This document shows positions 44,101 to 54,394 of a stretch of 64,000 bases of DNA, in pieces. This DNA is from Antedon mediterranea (lineage: Eukaryota > Animalia > Echinodermata). Each line of letters starts with the position of its first letter. The first letter of the stretch is position 1. A program made the position numbers and the translations under genes. The stretch is taken from the NCBI RefSeq assembly GCF_964355755.1, contig NC_092671.1:15562001-15626000 (forward strand). The letters run 5' to 3'. The notes beneath the pieces are model-generated. The model did not search any database and was not told the origin of the DNA. It worked only from the letters and a program-made list of their open reading frames with translations.

Positions 44101-47100
44101 TATAACAAAGCAAAAGGCAGATAAATTTGAGAAAATAAACAAAGAACTTAAAGGTTCGTACATAAATGATAAATGTATTTAAGTAATACCATATACATGA
44201 ATATTATTAAGTTTAATTTGGACACAAGACTTTGGTAATTCATTGATAATGCATGTGCAACAAGTATAATCTCAGCTGATTTTTCACAACTTTTGCACCC
44301 AGACATTGTGATACTCATATGCGGGAATAGCAGTAATAGTGTACTATGGTATGTGCCTATACAGTAAAGCAGAATTGCTGTTTCCTCTCGCATATTTCCA
44401 TTTTCTTTCTTATTTTATACATTTTTTGGTTATGGTAAATTTACATTCTCTCTATTTTTTTTTTCAATTTTAGACTCAAATAAGAAATTTGAAGCCAATG
44501 AGTTCAAAGCAAATGATCTTGAGAAACAGCTGAGGGATGTCAACTTTGAATATGAGCGCCATCGCACACAGTATAATCGGTTGAAGTCTCGTTACGATAA
44601 CATTGTAGTTGAACTAGCAGATATCAAACACAAACTGGCTAAATCGGAGATGAAAAATGCTGGTATTGATACTGATAAAATGAGGAATGACCTTTGCACT
44701 CTTGAGAAAGAGAGCATTAAACTAAAAGACAGAGTCAGCTTAAGTGATAAGAAAATCCTGCAGCTTGAGAACAGGATTGCAATTGATGATAAGGATAAAG
44801 TACACATACAAGATAAAATGAAATCTTTACAGGTAACATTAACTATGTACAATAATAAATGTCATATCCATTTTGCCATCAATTATATAACGTGATAGAA
44901 TTTGTTATTTATTTTTACAGGGTAACCTCTTCAGTCAAAGACTGGTCTCCCAGAGGGCCAGTTATAATCAGTGGCTGTGTGTATACTAGTACACAGGGGT
45001 AACCCCCTACTCATCTCAAAAAATGTACTAGGTTCTTTAAATTGCACATGAGCTAGATGTGTACACTGGACCTACGGTTTATCCGAGAAGACTCGTTCTA
45101 CTACCAGAACCATATGGAGCGAGTGAGCCTAGAACCCTTGCCGATGTTATGGCTATGTAATTACGATTCCACTGTCTTAACGGCTCGGCCACTCACTCGC
45201 TAAGTACATATAAATATAAAATATTCATTTCATATAGGATGAGCTGCAGTATAACAAAACTACAATTCAGGAATTACAGTTAGAAAAAGAACACACACTG
45301 AAGAAAATGGAACAGAATGAGAAACATTTCAACAGCGTTTGTCAAGAACTGGAAAATGAGTTGACCGCATGTAAGAAGCTGTTAACAGAATGCCAAGAGC
45401 AACTTCAAGATTCAATGGTATTTGGAATATTTATGTATTGTATTTAGTGTTTTCAATAAATTAAAAAAGCTTGTGAAAATGTGTAAGACATTGATTGATT
45501 GATTATACAGTATTTGACTACATGCATTTTGAAACATACCAAAGGGATACATTCTACCAAAGTATTATCTTCAATGAAGGCAAGACCGGTTTGGTTTGTA
45601 GATCAGTAATTCAATATGATTTGTTGTGATATTACAGGAGAAGGAAATGAAATTTAAGACAGAAATTGAAGAACTTAACGAAGAGAAAGAAAATGTGAAT
45701 GAAAGGTTAACGACGATGGAGGAAGAACTAGAAAAGCAAAGCAGTCAACATGAACAAGAAATTAACACATTACAGGTGGGATGAGCTACATTTATTTATT
45801 ATTTTTTTATTTAGTAAGTAATTAATTAAGGGCATTTCTAATAAATGAAGCTCTGTCTACACTATCAAATTATCTGACGAAAAACTTGATGTGCCCATAT
45901 ATGGACCATATCTAAGCAAATCACTACCATATATGAACATATCACACTTTTTGTTGTAAAACTAGTTTGATAGTGTAAACAGAGCTTAGGACAAATTGAA
46001 ATAATGAACCCAATTTGGTGAGAGTAAGAAAAAAAAACTGTTTTAATAAACTGAATTAGGAGGATTTTATGAATTGTGTGACCAAGATGGATGCAGTTAG
46101 AGAAGAGAACAATCGAGCCAATGAGAGAATTAAAGAAGTGGAGATAGAAGCTAAGGAAAAAATGGAAAACATTCAGGAAGAGCTAGCTGAACAATCACTG
46201 AAACACCAACAAGAAATGGATACATTACAGGTATAGTTATCTCATCTTCTTTTACTGTGCAGAACTGTGTTTAAGTATAGTGGTACATGATGTTTGCATT
46301 TGATAATAACAATTACCGTAAGGAATGTTGCTATCAATTCTAATCTAATTAATAAATCTAATAGAAAGATGCAATGAAGTATATGGCTGAAATGGCCAAC
46401 ATGAAAGAAGGAAAAGAAATTTCCAATGATCAACTTAGAGAAGAGTTGACAGAAGCTGAGCTAAAAATAGAAAACATTGAAAAAGAACTTGCAGACCAAT
46501 CAACAAGATATGAACAGGAACTCAAGTCGTTACAGGTGGGCTAACATTTTAATCATTTAACTAGAATACAAGAATACGCCACTGCTGTAATTTCTTCATT
46601 ATTGGTTATTAGTTTAGTACCCTAAAGTATAATTAAATTTTCTTGAATCTAATTTAATAGGAAGATGGAATGAAATACATGACAGAAATAGAACAACTTA
46701 AAGAAGAGAAGGAAAAGATAAATGAAATGTTAAAGGAACAAATTGTAGAAGCTGAAAAGAAACTAGAGACAAATCAAGAACAACAAGAAAAACAAAGTAT
46801 TCAGCATCAACAAGAAATTAGCACATTACAGGTAGGAACCGCTACATTAATTAAAACAATAAATAGGACAAATTGTCTTAAACTGTAAGTACTTAGAAGC
46901 ATATCGAACCATGTAAGCATGAACCCAATTTGGTGAGATGAAAGTGAACATAAATCATTGTCAATACCATACCTTTTTAATTGAATTAGGAGGATTTTAT
47001 GAATTGTATGAGCAAGAAGGATGCACTTAGAGAAGAGAACAAACGAGCCAATGAGAGAATTAAAGAAGTGGAGATAGAAGCTAAGGAAAAAATGGAAAAC

Positions 47101-50100
47101 ATTCAGGAAGAGCTAGCTGAACAATCACTGAAACACCAACAAGAAATGGATACATTACAGGTATAGTTATCTCATCTTCCTTTACTGTGCAGAACCGTGT
47201 TTAAGTATAGTGGTACATATTAGGGAGGTTTCGCAACCTTACAAATACGATAACGAAAACGGATATGTCATACATTTGTGAAACTTTTGAGCTGATCCCC
47301 ATTTCATATTCGTAAAGCGTATTCGTGTTGACGAATATCACCAGTCATATTCGTAACTACAAAACGAGTATAGTTTTTGATCTATTTTGCACATTTTGCA
47401 TTTGAATCAGGAATGATTCATGATTATAATATAATTATAGATTTATTGAAAGTAATTTACTAAAGTAATTTACTAAAATGCCAAGTCAATTTTGATAAAT
47501 AGCAGTTTTTAAAGTCCTCACTCGCTTTGATGTTACGCTAGGCCTAGGCAGCCAAGCACCAAGCAACACGTACCTGCGCTTCGCTCAAATTTACCGCAGT
47601 CATATTTTGGACGCGCCTTAATATTTCGTTGCCATGCGAAACAGATTTTTTATGACTTACGAAAACGAATATGTGTGCGTGACGTATCCGTTTTTGTTAT
47701 CGTATTCGTAAGATTGCGAAACCTCTCTAATACTTATGATGTTTGCATTTAATAATAATAATTGCCATAAGGAATGTTGCTAACAATTCTAATCTAATTA
47801 ATAAATCTAATAGGGAGATGCAATGAAGTATATGGCTGAAATGGCGAACATGAAAGAAGGAAAAGAAATTTCCAATGATCAACTTAGAGAAGAGTTGACA
47901 GAAGCTGAGCTGAAAATAGAAAACATTGAAAAAGAACTTGCAGACCAATCAACAAGATATGAACAGGAACTCAAGTCGTTACAGGTGGGCTAAAATTCAA
48001 ATACTAGAAAAAAGAATACGATACTGATCCGCAAGATGCAATAATATCTCATTATTTGTTTAGATTGTAGATACCTTCAGTTTTTAGTTTGTAAAACTAA
48101 AAGTACCCTAAAGTATAGTGTTTTTTTTTCTATAAATGACATTCTTCTTGAATCAAATCTAATAGGAAGATGGAATGAAATATATGACAGAAATAGAACA
48201 ACTTAAAGAAGAGAAGGAAAAGATAAATGAAATGTTAAAGGAACAAATTGTAGAAGCTGAAAAGAAACTAGAGACAAGTCAAGAACAGCACCAACAGGAA
48301 ATTAGCACCTTACAGGTAGGAAACACTTCCTTGAAAATTGTTGATATTGTTTAGATGAGAATGATAACTAGACAAATGACACTCCTATTTGTTTTGAAAT
48401 GTCTTACATACAGACTGATTCAATCAAATACATGACTAAGATGGAAATGCTAAAAGAAGAAAAGGATGCTGCCAATGTCAGACAGATAGAAGATGAAGAA
48501 ACAATAGAAAGAGTCAAGCAAGAGGTAGCAGATCAATCTATTAGATATCAACAAGAAATCAATACATTGATGGTATGTTTACCTAAATGGCCAGTAACTG
48601 TTATACAAATAATAAATATAGGAGTTTCAATGTGAAAAATGTTTCACGAGTTGGAAGATTGGCTATTCAATTTAACGAAATGAGTTTATGCATGCTTGCA
48701 ATGAACGAAATTATTCCCCTCAATCAACAAGTATAAAACATGAATTATTTGTTTTATAACACACCTAACACAATCAATCGATTTTACCATGCAATAAAGT
48801 TTATCACAAATAGCGAGAGCGATGCATGATGAAGAAATTGGGAGCAATAGCGCCACCACCAGTATATAAAGTTATTGGCTATTTCTCCCAACCATTCCCA
48901 TCATGCATTGTGCAATGACGTTCCTCGCAAAATCAAGCTATTTGCAATAGACATTATAGAACTAATACAGGTGTGTTATACAATGTAATGTTGTCGTTGT
49001 GTACAAGTACATGATATTATTCCCAAGAACAATATTAGAAAGAAAGTATCTATGAATGACATTAATGTGTGAAAAGTTCTCATGTAAAGACAATCGAGCT
49101 ATATTCATGTACACCTGAACAAGGAAGCTATGCATCATGTAGTTTGTGATCTTGTTTGATGTATTTGTTTAGATTTTAGCATTTGTTCTTTGTTTGTTCT
49201 AACTTACAGTGTAGCATAAAGGACTTACAAATGGAGCTAACATCACTGCAGGAAACAAACGAGGCTGCAGAACAAGACGATTGGGCTTTAAGTAAAGTTT
49301 GCAATGATCTTAAATTAGAATTGGAGGAAGAACGGCAACAAAAGAAACAAATGAATGATGTATTGAAGCAAGAACAAGTAAGTTGTAAAAAAAAAATATA
49401 TGGCTTTATTTAAAAATGTTTCAATTTAACAATTGTATTGAAGTAACAAAGTACTTGGCGTATTTTATGGTCGCTCTTTGTGTTTTCCAACTGATGAATA
49501 CGTGTAGATAGTGCACCCTCTTCCGGATGAGATGTTAAGCTGTTGGTCCTGTGTGCAACATGGCTCATGTGCATGTTAAAGAAATTGGGCAGTACACCAG
49601 GAGATTCGAAGATTGTACTGTCCAAGTCGAAGATATCCTTGGTGTACTACTACTACTGTGTCATGTATAATTATTCTGTTTTTCAGTTATGCATTTCTTC
49701 GCATTTGATTACTACTTTAATTGTAATAATTTGATTGTTACTTTAAAAAAATGATTATGTATAAGTTATATATCTATTTTTTTCTGTAGGATAAGTGTTC
49801 AGATCTGATGTCAAAACATGACTTGTTGGTGAGTCAACTAGAAAAATTAAAACGTTCAGAATGTGATCTTGAAAAGTTGTGCGATCAGATCCAGGAGGAA
49901 CAAGAGGAAGAAGAAAGAAAACATAAAGAAACAAAAGAAAAATTAAACAAATTAGAGGTAATTTACTAGTTTTTTTGTTGTTTGTGTGCTCAGTCATAAG
50001 TTGTAATAAGTGTTTTTCTGGTTTCTTTCATTTATTAAACCATACTTAGTATGTAAATTTCTGGAATTGTTTGGAAGTACGGTATATGAAATCCATGTAA

Positions 50101-52412
50101 TTTGACCAATTGTCAATTGGTTTAATTGCTTGTGTTGTGCTCTATCCCAAAAATTACTTTCTTCTGCTGCAGGAAAAATATTCAAAACATGACGTTTTAG
50201 TGAGTCAACTAGAAAAAATGAAACGTTCAGAAAGTGATCTAGAAAAGTTGTGTGATCAGATCCAGGAGGAACAAGAAGAAGAAGAAAGAAAACATCAAGA
50301 AACAAAGGAAAAATTAAACAAATTAGAGGTAAGAGGCCATTTGTGTTTTTAATCTATTATTTTTGAATATTTTAGTGTTTTGAAATGGTTGTCTTGTACT
50401 TTTATATCCTATACTTTTTATAATCGATTATTTCAATTTTTTTGTTTTAGAAAAAGTTTTTAGACTTTAAACAAAAATTTGCTGAAATAAATGCAGCATG
50501 CGAAAAGATTAAAAAGGAAAAGAAAGACGACGAAACAGAACTTAAAAAGACAAAAACTAAACTGGCTGAACTTGAGGTGAGAAGACGTTTAATATTTGAA
50601 ACAATATTCAATATGTACAATTGTGCAATGCTATATTAAACCAATATTTACATTTATTTTACTTCAAAAATTAAATATCGATAATAAAAGCACAACAAAA
50701 AAAAACCAACTGTACTGTTCTATCTCAATAGCAATAACCTATGTAAATACCGATACTTTTGTTATTTTATTCTTTAGTAATTACATTACCTTTAAATTGT
50801 GTTTAAAATTATTTGTTTTGATGTTGTTAGGCCACTGTAAAAAAGAACCAGTATTTAACAGATGTAAATGCACTAAAGGCCCTTCAACAAGAGCTTCTGG
50901 ATAAGAAAATGAAAATTGTGTCCTTAGAATCGGAAATTCTAAAATGTACAGACCCTCTTGAAAAAAGGTAAGCCTTTATATAATTATGAAAGCTAGTGTA
51001 CACTAGGAAACTTGATCAAACTTTTTTACTTAACAAATCGCTAGTTTCCTCATATCTTTCACAATTTCATTACAATTGAATTTGCAATACTTTGAAAGTT
51101 TGAAATACAATACTATTAGTAAATTTTGTTAATTTTTAGAATTTCTCAACTTACCAAGGAACTTGCTGACAGTTTTGAGAAGGTTGAAAGTTGGAAGAAT
51201 GAAGTGAAAAGATTGCGAAGACTTGATAACGCAGGTACACATTTATATAAATATTTTTACCAACAGAATGTCACAATAGTCTTCTTCTCCACATGCCATG
51301 TCTTACAAACGATTATGGCTTTCCAATTGTTCAATCTGAAACTGTTTCAGTATTCAGTTTGGTGGCAGCACTCGACATGAAGGGACCTTCAGGGGAGTAG
51401 AAAGTTGTGGTATGTGTCATCCACACCCAGTAGGCTGCAAGTTGCAGGTTATTCCCCCATTTACATGGATGTATTATGAAAGTTGGTAATGTGATCATTT
51501 GTTTATATTGTAGAGGATGGCAACACCTTGCGAAGATCAGAGGCTGGTTCTTCCGGGTCTGGCATCATTCAGGAATGTGCTGTGTTTACCCTGAAAGCAG
51601 AGAAGTCTAAGCTGGAACTGGAGTTGAAGAAATCAAAACACAAAGTTAATGATCTTGAAAAGAAATACAATGAGAAAAGCATGTTTTACCAAGAAGAAAT
51701 GTGCGTAGTTGGTCACTTGTTGTAGATGTTATGTTATAATATAATGGTAGTTTTATTTCAACGGTATGCATTTATCAATTCTCACTGTGTAGTTTTTCTG
51801 TTTTTCTTAGTACAAGAAACACAAGACTTCGAGCTGAATTGAAGCGCTATGTGGAAAAAGTTAGTAGAATTGAGAAATTTCAAGAACCAACAGCTAAAGA
51901 TGGAAAGAGGCCTCTCAATGGTAAGAGAATGGTTTTCTTTTATGTAAATAGTTTCCAAAAATATATCTTTGTAACACAAACATTGGAATTTTGATATTTT
52001 ATTTAACCTCAACACATGCTAAAATCGTTTACAGAAGCTAACATACCAATTGACTGAATAGATGTTTCAATTTAGTCAATCCCGTACAACTGTCATATTC
52101 ACATTATGTAATAGTAAATATCAGATCAGGAATAACACAACATTTGAGACACATGTACACACTACTTGTTTGATTTGTCTGAAATATGTTAATATAATTT
52201 TATACAAAATTTATTTAGATATTCCCACAAATAGTCCGGTTAAAAAGGCAGCAAAAGTTCACACAACCGTGGAGAGTTTACCAAAAGGTTCGAAGTCTAC
52301 TACATTAACTGCAATAAAGAAGACAAAACCAAACGACTGGGATAATTTTTTGCAGCCTGCCATTGAACAATTAAATGAGGAAGACAATCCTAAACAATGT
52401 ACTCAACAATAG
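26132..52412 (+). CDS. CENPE: Centromere protein E (kinesin-7), about 2753 aa, 40 coding exons
   Basis: Motor exons 26132-26178 ([12 protein letters not shown]), 26337-26437, 26572-26661, 28483-28601 (P-loop GQTSSGKT), 28890-29000, 29453-29534, 30599-30666 (NEHSSRSH), 30964-31032, 31269-31652 ([29 protein letters not shown]). Then 31813-31971, 32354-32531 (RRETWCPG), 32703-32869, 33775-33950, 34451-34571, 34815-34934, 35343-35477, 38187-38404, 38515-38569, 38659-40889, 41039-41309, 43976-44153, 44474-44832, 45238-45417, 45638-45775, 46060-46230, 46365-46535, 46661-46831, 46990-47160, 47814-47984, 48166-48315, 48414-48572, 49210-49377, 49790-49957, 50173-50328, 50451-50576, 50831-50967, 51140-51234, 51514-51700 (GSGIIQ tail motif), 51811-51920, 52219-52412 (CAAX box CTQQ). 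The sum is 8262 nt in one frame. Confidence 0.92.
26954..28300. mobile_element. Kolobok-like MITE (TTAA TSD) carrying a nested hAT-like element
   Basis: TIR AGATGTATTGTCCCCC...GGGGGACAATACATCT with TTAA on both sides (26950-26953, 28301-28304). Confidence 0.82.
27093..28127. mobile_element. hAT-like non-autonomous element with 5-bp TSD
   Basis: TIR CAGG(G/C)CCGTAGCCAGG; CAGCC duplicated at 27088-27092 and 28128-28132. Confidence 0.82.
29100..29380. mobile_element. Palindromic interspersed repeat; related fragments at ~26670-26950 and ~48620-48980
   Basis: Internal hairpin TTTGCCCCATTTCACTCATAAAC...GTTTATGAGTGCAATAGGGCAAA; shared ATAACAC(A)CC and AGGTGTG(C/T)TATA motifs. Family not assigned. 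Confidence 0.5.
29634..29770. mobile_element. MITE family A, copy 3 (left end decayed)
   Basis: Right TIR GTTTGATAGTGTTGACAGAGCTTTA plus the family interior. Confidence 0.7.
29962..30221. mobile_element. MITE family B, short copy
   Basis: TACCATATATCCTCTTGTATAATCCCAC...GTGGGATTAAACCAGAGGACATACGGTA. Confidence 0.7.
30221..30572. mobile_element. MITE with ATAGAG termini
   Basis: TIR ATAGAGTTCTGCGGTGTGACGTCAC versus GTGACGTCAGCACAGCAGAACTCTAT; ends 26 bp before CENP-E exon 7. Confidence 0.72.
32930..33460. mobile_element. Kolobok-like MITE, further copy
   Basis: TIR AGATGTATTGTCCCTTT...AAAGGGACAATACATCT, flanked by TGAA/TTAA. Confidence 0.75.
33561..33710. mobile_element. MITE family A, copy 4
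   Basis: TAA-AGCTCTGTCTACATTATCAAAC...ATAGTGTAGACAGACCT-TAA. Confidence 0.8.
34130..34232. mobile_element. Small Harbinger-like MITE (family also at 52640-52738)
   Basis: GGTTCCCACTTGGGACACGCAAGG...CCTTGCTTTGCGTCCTAGTGGAAACC inverted ends. Confidence 0.55.
35592..37518. mobile_element. hAT-like element carrying the nested Merlin-like MITE
   Basis: TIR CAGGGCTCGATTTA...TAAATCGAGCCCTG; subterminal CTAGCCC/GGGCTAG repeats; only CCAT is cleanly duplicated at the flanks. Confidence 0.75.
35880..36639. mobile_element. Merlin (IS1016)-like MITE, copy 2 (uninterrupted, 760 bp)
   Basis: TIR GGCGCTACTGCAGTTTCGCACCACAC; 8-bp TSD AATTAACT (35872-35879, 36640-36647). Confidence 0.9.
37635..38176. mobile_element. 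hAT-like MITE with 6-bp TSD
   Basis: TIR CAGGGATGT(C/A)ACCA; TTATAT duplicated at 37629-37634 and 38177-38182. Confidence 0.78.
38761..39642 (+). repeat. Coding tandem repeat in CENP-E exon 19: 7 copies of 41-44 aa
   Basis: Consensus [43 protein letters not shown]; copies are highly similar at DNA level. Confidence 0.95.
41478..43950 (+). mobile_element. 5'-truncated non-LTR retrotransposon (Rex1/Babar-type, CR1 group) in CENP-E intron 20
   Basis: Open APE-RT frame, short 3' UTR, AATAAA at 43919-43924 and a (TTATC)n tail ending at ~43950. No clear TSD. Confidence 0.9.
41488..43806 (+). CDS. LINE ORF2 (partial AP endonuclease plus reverse transcriptase), 772 aa open frame
   Basis: Endonuclease motifs GDFN, LDLCY and SDH; RT motifs [48 protein letters not shown] and YKYLG. 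The N-terminal half of the endonuclease is missing. Confidence 0.9.
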   Translation: MMFSHVINVMVYIPNKKLEKPAINEIAEIIEGIECSHPEALVIINGDFNRCKLKKTTATYYQHVTCKTRDNAILDLCYSSVKDAYISTPLPNLGKSDHNLILLSPKYRPLNKTCQPKIINVRKWSPEAEEALIAEFESTDWDIFTEDEDLNSITYAVSSYINFCIDKCVPVKKVKIYPNNKPWITKGVKLLLCEKRKAFKMGDSNRMKILTREIKSEIRKQKNIYRKKVEHNFRSNNMKQVWQGIKLMSGYTNGGNTPTSIPNVTVQYVNELNEFYNRFNVHDFKKEREALFSLCRVTEDDPKFSISISDVHSEFMKLNSSKAAGPDRIPPRVLKVCSPHLDGIFTFIFNMCLSYHAFPDIWKLSCIIPVPKKPKINSMNDLRPVALTSVAMKILERIILKIMQPYAEKVLDPLQFAYRSLRSTSDAIYFKLHKLYSHLDNVKKGHSARIMYFDFQSAFNTIQPHILADKMLNMEFPRPIVRLVLNFICDRKQFVNINGVKSEIVTSDTGVPQGTVNAPKLYSLYTADYRSLNDELCPVVKFADDTSTIGLIVSNNDENYRSEIQRFVKFCDDNYLQINASKTKEMIIDFRTKHKFNFQPITIKGKEIEIVDQYKYLGIVFNDKLNWGDHIDYISKKLNPRMYCMRTLYKFNSCDLMLLSFYRSVICSVWTYCLSCWAGNVTGGNKGRLETFIRRAGKMIGLELPSFTDVHLEHLQKDFERIESDASHPLHKVIIDQLNPSGRLRLLSVKTNRFAKSFIPSGIIQYNRKSRR
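44940..45200 (-). mobile_element. tRNA-derived SINE
   Basis: On - strand: A box TGGCCGAGCCG, B-box-like GGTTCTAGGC, core CGGATAAACCGTAGGTCCAGTGTACAC...GTGCAATTTAAAGAACC. Confidence 0.7.
45848..45988. mobile_element. MITE family A, copy 5
   Basis: AAGCTCTGTCTACACTATCAAA...GTTTGATAGTGTAAACAGAGCTT. Confidence 0.8.
46003..48320 (+). repeat. Tandem duplication of a three-exon block of CENP-E, introns included
   Basis: Exons 46060-46230, 46365-46535 and 46661-46831 recur nearly identically as 46990-47160, 47814-47984 and 48166-48315; flanking intron sequence also matches. Confidence 0.92.
47222..47728. mobile_element. MITE with ~55-bp TIRs, present in only one copy of the duplicated intron
   Basis: AGGGAGGTTTCGCAACCTTACAAATACGATAACGAAAACGGATATGTCA versus TGACGTATCCGTTTTTGTTATCGTATTCGTAAGATTGCGAAACCTCTCT; absent at the paralogous site ~46287. 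Confidence 0.85.
49490..49600 (+). mobile_element. SINE core fragment
   Basis: CCGGATGAGATGTTAAGCTGTTGGTCCTGTGTGCAACATGGCTCATGTGCATGTTAAAGAA resembles the core of the 44940-45200 SINE. Confidence 0.5.
49790..50328 (+). repeat. Tandem exon duplication (CENP-E exons 33 and 34)
   Basis: [49 protein letters not shown] versus [49 protein letters not shown]. Confidence 0.9.
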
Positions 52413-52512
52413 ATACATAACCTATGTAAATAATATGAATAATTTATCTACCTATTAAAATCATTTTAATCAGTGTGTATAGGTCTAATATATATATATT
52501 GGAGAGAGACAC

Positions 52513-52634
52513 AAGCTCTAGGTCTACACTATCAAACTTTATGTGACAAACAAATGTGATGTGCCTATATATGGACATGTCATATCACTACTATATTTCA
52601 CACTTTTTGGTCAAACTAGTGTAGACAGAGCTTA
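52513..52634. mobile_element. MITE family A, copy 6, in the CENP-E 3' UTR region
   Basis: AAGCTCTAGGTCTACACTATCAAAC...TAGTGTAGACAGAGCTTAA. Confidence 0.75.
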
Positions 52635-53404
52635 ATGCATAAAGCTTGGTTCCAAGTTTGGATGCAACACAATGACGTAGAAGATTGGTCAAATAACTTA
52701 CGGTGTGCTTGTGTTGCATCCTAATGGGAACCATGTTTGTCTTACTGTATAAAGTACTGTACAAAATGTGTATGAATCCATCAATAGGATGAGTGTCTTT
52801 CAAATATTCCTCATTCCAATTTAGATCATGCATTATAATATTAGTTTATTAAGCAAAAACTTACATTTATTAATAATTTTATATTTATAAATTGTATTAG
52901 TTTATATTACTTGTTATTGCATTCGTTGAAGTTGCCTTTTATTTCTGGTCAAAAGGATAAGTATTTGTTTTTATATTATTTAAATAATGTATAGTGAAAT
53001 TATAACAAAGAAAGTTTGTATAATTGTTTTTATGCATTTAAGTAGAGACAGGGAGATTCCCTGGTAACAACTTTCCTAAATAAATTACTAGTAGTTCTAC
53101 TCCATCTCTGTTTGATATTTTTGTAATCAATCTTATATTTTCTTATTATCAATAATTGTTTCCACAATAAATATATATAGTGGATTTCTTTAGGTAGATT
53201 TTCTCTATATACGAAAAATAACCAGTATGACCTTTTCAAAAATCAATTATTATGTAGTAATATTGCTTTATATGCAAATATCTCCCATTATCATTATCAT
53301 CTTATGTAGTCATATTAACCAGTTATGGCCTACTAAAATAAAAGGGTCGAAATTTTGCCAATTGTTGAATATTTCTCTGTACTACTATACGGTATATAGT
53401 ACAG

Positions 53405-53640
53405 AAAGGAGTTGGATAGCCGAGTGGTTAGGACACTTGACTGTCATACAGATAGACCCGGGTTCAATTCCCGACAACTCCCAGTTCACTCAGCTGTAAA
53501 TGAGTACCTAGTTGAAAATACTAGGGAGAAAAAAGGCGGTGTGGAGAGGAACTGGCCACCCTACCACATAATTCCGAGCCTTGGTACAATGAGCTCCTAA
53601 CAGCTCATTCCCCTACGTTCAGAATGAACCTTTACCTTTA
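53405..53640 (+). mobile_element. tRNA-derived SINE with TSD
   Basis: A box TAGCCGAGTGG (53417-53427), B box GGTTCAATTCC (53461-53471), core TTCACTCAGCTGTAAATGAGTACC, tail ACCTTTACCTTT; TATAGTACAG duplicated at 53395-53404 and 53639-53648. Confidence 0.85.
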
Positions 53641-54394
53641 TAGTACAGGGATTTTTTCCAAAAATGGCAAAAATATCCAGTTTTTAAAATTCAATCATTA
53701 TTATGCGATAATACAGTATTGCTATATATGTGCATATATTGCGTTATCATCTTATTATAGATTATTTGTAACCAATTATGTCGAAAAATAAAATGGTCGA
53801 AATTTGGTGATTTTTCGAAAATTTCTCTGTACTATACTGCCCTGTCATGAAAGAACGACTCAACTGACACATTTTTCAAAAATCACTTTTTTAACTTTTT
53901 GGGCTATTTAGGGCCGGGAATGATACACCTTGTGGTATATTCAGATATTCAAAATTTTAACTAGAAATATGAAATTTAAAAATCAAAATACCACTCAATT
54001 ACAAGTGTGTGTGTTACTATTGTCACCAAAGACTAACTCAACTACAAATGCCATGAAAGACTCACTCAAATGACATATTAACACCTATTATCATAGGAAA
54101 CCCACCATTCAAGTGCACAACAATGGTGTTAATTGCACAGCAAGCTGTGTAATGTTGTTGTTTTAAATATAAAATAATTTGGTACTGCCCTACGAATAAT
54201 TGTCAATAATTATTTTATTCAATACTCACTTAAACTTGTTTAGTTATTATTAGAGTATTAATTTTATTTCTGTAATATTTAGAATTAAATGCCCCGGAGA
54301 GAGACTATGTGAACACCGTAATGATATTATTATTGAATATTCTCCCCCTTAAATTAATACTTAAAACTAAAGTAAAAATACAAGAAACATGAAA

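Noticed and set aside
53405-53480. tRNA gene
   Set aside because: A and B boxes continue into a SINE body, repeat tail and TSD, with no complete cloverleaf or T-run terminator.
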